NCBI RefSeq assembly: GCF_020745735.1
Contig: NC_083402.1
Span: forward strand, 7,874,001 to 7,938,000
DNA: 64,000 bases
Origin: Hemiscyllium ocellatum
Taxonomy: Eukaryota
Direction: 5' to 3'
The notes below the pieces were generated by a model. That model searched no databases. It saw only the letters and a list, made by a program, of their open reading frames with translations, and had not been told where the DNA came from. Both the position numbers and the translations under genes were made by a program. Position 1 is the stretch's first letter, and every line of letters begins with the position of its first letter. Shown here piece by piece: positions 62,043 to 64,000 of the stretch.

Positions 62043-62689
62043 ATAGTATATATCAGTTATATTGTCTTATAGTTTATCTGTGCTTTGCTAAGTTCTGTTC
62101 TTCATAAGGAATTATTCATTTTTCGTAAAATTATACTCTTGTTGATCAAGATCTGTTTTTGTCATGTCTCATTAGGAATGATTCAGTAATTTTGAGGATC
62201 ATTGAATGTTTTCTTTTCATTGTGTCTCTGCAAGTATTAAAATTCTGTCCTGTATACCTAAGTCCAGGTCATACACATCGTTCAAAAAGAGAATTGTTTT
62301 AACAGGACAGCACACTTCCCTCCAATCTGAAAGACAATCACTCACCACAGCGAATCCAAATAATGGCAAAGAACTGTGGATTCTGGAAATCAGAAACAAA
62401 AACGGAAACTGCTGGTGAAACTCAACGGGTCTGGCAACATCAGTGGAGAGAAAGCAGACTTCATGTTTGGAGTCCAGTGACCGTTCTTCAGAAGACATAA
62501 CTGGATTAGACACACAGCATTAACTCTGCATTCACTCTACAGATGCCCCTGGGGATTTCTTCACCCAGGAAGTGGTGAGCCCATGGAGTTTTATTTCTTA
62601 TAAATAACCCAGGAAACCTGAGTGGAAAGGAAATTGTACAGCCAGAGTTAGCATTTTGAATTGAATATATCTCTTCTTTCAAACACAGT

Positions 62690-63640
62690 GAGTTGATGCA
62701 TTTTGAGAGAAACGATGCAGAGAGGGAGTGTATATTTGAATGACACAGATGTCGAGAGTATGCAAGGACAGAGGGAGCAGGAGGTTAATGTGCACCTATC
62801 TTTAAAGATGACAGGACATAATCAGAAAGCACCATATATGGGATCTTGGGCTTTATTATTATTGTTAATGAGAACAATCTCATGGAGAAGATGCTAACCT
62901 TTGATTCAGCTCTGGTTATGAGGCAGTCAAGTGTTGCATCCAATTCTAGTCACCAGAGTTCTGGTCAGGAAGGATGTGAGAGCTCTTGAGGGGTGGAGCG
63001 CACTTGTACCAGAATGGCTCAGAGACGCAGAAAATATAGTCAGAGGATTGTTTTAGAGAAATGGCTATTTTCCTTGAAGAATACAGGTTGAGAATCATTT
63101 CGATAGAGATGTACAAGATTATAACAGATCAAGATAAGGCAGACAAAAAAAAAGGAACTCTGTCCAGTAGGTGATGGCACAAGAATTCGGATCAGGTTTA
63201 AAAGTTTGAGAAAATGTAAATGGGCAAGTGGTTCTGTTGATGCATTGACTGGAAATGTGCAGAACATGCTGCCTATTCGGTTGGTTGAAGATGATCAATT
63301 ATTGATGAAAAAAATGAGACCAGAAACTGAGGGAAATAAATTTGCAGGGCTTTGGGGATAGAGCAGTGAATGGGACACACGGATTATGTGGCAGATAGTT
63401 AGCTTGGACTTGATGGGCTGAATGGTCTTTTTCTGTGCCACAATGAAGCTCTTTTTCTCTCTTTAACCCGTTCTGATTTTTCAACGCATGGAGACAAACT
63501 ATCACTTCAATAAACCTGCTCTGTACTCCGACTCAGCCCAGTACAGGTCATCCTTCTGCAGGTGGGGTACACAGAATGACCACATACTCCAGGATGGTCT
63601 ACTCAGGATTGTGAATATCTTGGAACACATACAGTCACAC
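62690..63640. mobile_element. Old CR1 fragments (+ then -)
   Basis: Degenerate C-terminal CR1 sequence and tail. Confidence 0.6.
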
Positions 63641-63880
63641 CAGCATCTGACATCTTTTCTCTCAGACAGAAAGAAAAGCATTTATTTCCACAGAGAAAGG
63701 ACAATGATATTCATATCCTGGTAAAAGGAGTGACAGTCACATCTCTGTTTGGAGTTTCCTGTTTGTGAATGGTTCCCATTTCATATGCTCCCAACCCCTC
63801 TGTCACAGCAGCACTGTACCTGCGAGACCCTGATGGGATGAATGGCCCACTTCGCTTCCTGTGTCCTATGGTCTTCAATG

Positions 63881-64000
63881 CACAGCAGGTTAGGCAGCAT
63901 CTCAGGAATAGAGAATTCGACGTTTCGAGCATAAGCCCTTCATCAGGAATAAGAGAGAGAGAGCCAAGCCGGCTGAGATAACCCCCACCTTGTCTCAGTC
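63881..64000 (-). mobile_element. Penelope terminal repeat with an inversion junction at ~63981 (runs off the window)
   Basis: Nearly identical to 51553-51652, then switches to the + arm sequence cccccaccttgtctcagtc seen at ~54900. Confidence 0.85.
63915..63950 (-). ncRNA. Minimal hammerhead-ribozyme motif, best-preserved copy
   Basis: ATTC-CTGATGA-A-GGGC-TTAT-GCTC-GAAA-C-GTC-GAAT (GUC triplet, palindromic ACGT stem III). Confidence 0.72.

Noticed and set aside
1-64000. CRISPR array or prokaryotic operon
   Set aside because: No regularly spaced repeat-spacer pattern and no prokaryote-style gene density; the only tandem array is a spacer-less 45-bp triplication.

Overview
This window is eukaryotic, repeat-dense DNA, almost certainly from a shark or other elasmobranch. 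The evidence is HE1-type tRNA-derived SINEs with (TAGAT)n tails, many CR1 LINEs, Penelope-like elements and Gypsy LTRs. No prokaryotic genes, rRNA, genuine tRNA genes or CRISPR arrays are present. There is one assembly gap (60728-60908). The host content is a minus-strand Ig-superfamily receptor locus: a signal-peptide exon (32338-32398), an intact Siglec-15-like V-set exon with the sialic-acid-binding Arg (18607-18993), a second divergent V-set exon lacking that Arg (12231-12578), and a destroyed copy of the first V exon (5037-7181). No C2-set or transmembrane exon was found; a candidate ITIM-bearing terminal exon lies at 2567-2642. An inverted, truncated paralogous block lies at 44684-48771. 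The rest is nested retroelements, including a spumaretrovirus/lokiretrovirus-like protease-RT fossil fused to Tx1 and Gypsy fragments (38.1-42.8 kb), and palindromic Penelope insertions carrying minimal hammerhead-ribozyme motifs. Family assignments come from motif recognition only, with no database search. Percent identities are by-eye estimates, and repeat boundaries are approximate unless a target-site duplication (TSD) or splice site is quoted.
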